NCBI GenBank assembly: GCA_013239625.1
Contig: MU054187.1
Location: 24,678,433 to 24,742,432 of the forward strand
From: Lama guanicoe
Taxonomy: Eukaryota
Length of the DNA stretch: 64,000 nucleotides
Direction: 5' to 3'
Shown here: positions 63,458 to 64,000 of the stretch, one piece after another
How positions within the stretch are numbered: position 1 is the stretch's first letter
Layout of the letters: each line of letters begins with the position of its first letter
Program-made: the position numbers and the translations under genes
Notes under the pieces: model-generated
Told to the model about the DNA's origin: nothing
The model's database searches: none
What the model saw: the letters and a program-made list of their open reading frames with translations, nothing else

Positions 63458-64000
63458 TGGATGGCATTCTTTATGTCATTTCCTATTAACTAATTATAGT
63501 TACATATCCACATTGTTACAGTGGCTCAAGGCTGACCATCTTAGTTTTCTAAACTGTTTTATTATACATTCATATGGAAGTTGCTAACAGAACTAAGATA
63601 AAGACAGTCAGGGAGAGATGAAAAAAGGGAACAGTCAAAAGGAAAAGTTCATGTGATATAGACACAATATAATCAGGAACTCTAGTAATGCTGGCCTAAT
63701 ACTTTAGTGTTTTAAGAAAAATATTTCATATCCATTACTCTACTTGATATAAACAACAACCCTGTTGGAAAAGTATCAGTCTGATTTTATAAACAAAAGA
63801 CGAATTTGTAAATGGAAAAATGACTTATTCAAGGTCACATATCTACAGAGCAGAGGGCAGGGAATTACACTCAGGCTTTTCTCCATATTCCTGTGCTATA
63901 TAATGGTTGTAATATGATTTATTCATTTTCAGAGGAAGCACAATTTATGAAATAGACCAAAATTATAGAAAGAAAATCAGTTAATCCTAAGAATGCAGAC

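Overview
Mammalian (non-microbial) genomic DNA, most likely a camelid, judged from two tRNA-derived SINEs resembling Vic-1 and from the young L1 3' ends. The window holds the complete OSGIN2 gene on the + strand: a CpG-island promoter, 6 coding exons from 16594 to 38908 and 550 aa. It also holds the last four coding exons of the convergent NBN (nibrin) gene on the - strand, 62800 to 53299. Upstream of OSGIN2 is a decayed class I ERV (LTR, AT-rich interior, integrase tail, env cut off before the membrane anchor), plus solo LTRs. The OSGIN2-NBN gap is a nested L1 cluster about 10.6 kb long. I found no new protein-coding system. The most unusual observations are: (1) two TSD-flanked L1 derivatives in which the 5' end is joined directly to the 3' end without ORF2; (2) a cryptic consensus donor after an NBN exon that would delete the ATM-binding tail; (3) a weak first ATG in OSGIN2 that allows a shorter proteoform lacking a Cys-rich leader; (4) several local templated rearrangements, namely a perfect 20-bp inverted repeat, a nested tandem duplication, an inverted L1 patch, a dispersed duplication and a possible mini 3' transduction. 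Repeat family names come from recognition by eye and need RepeatMasker/Dfam confirmation.
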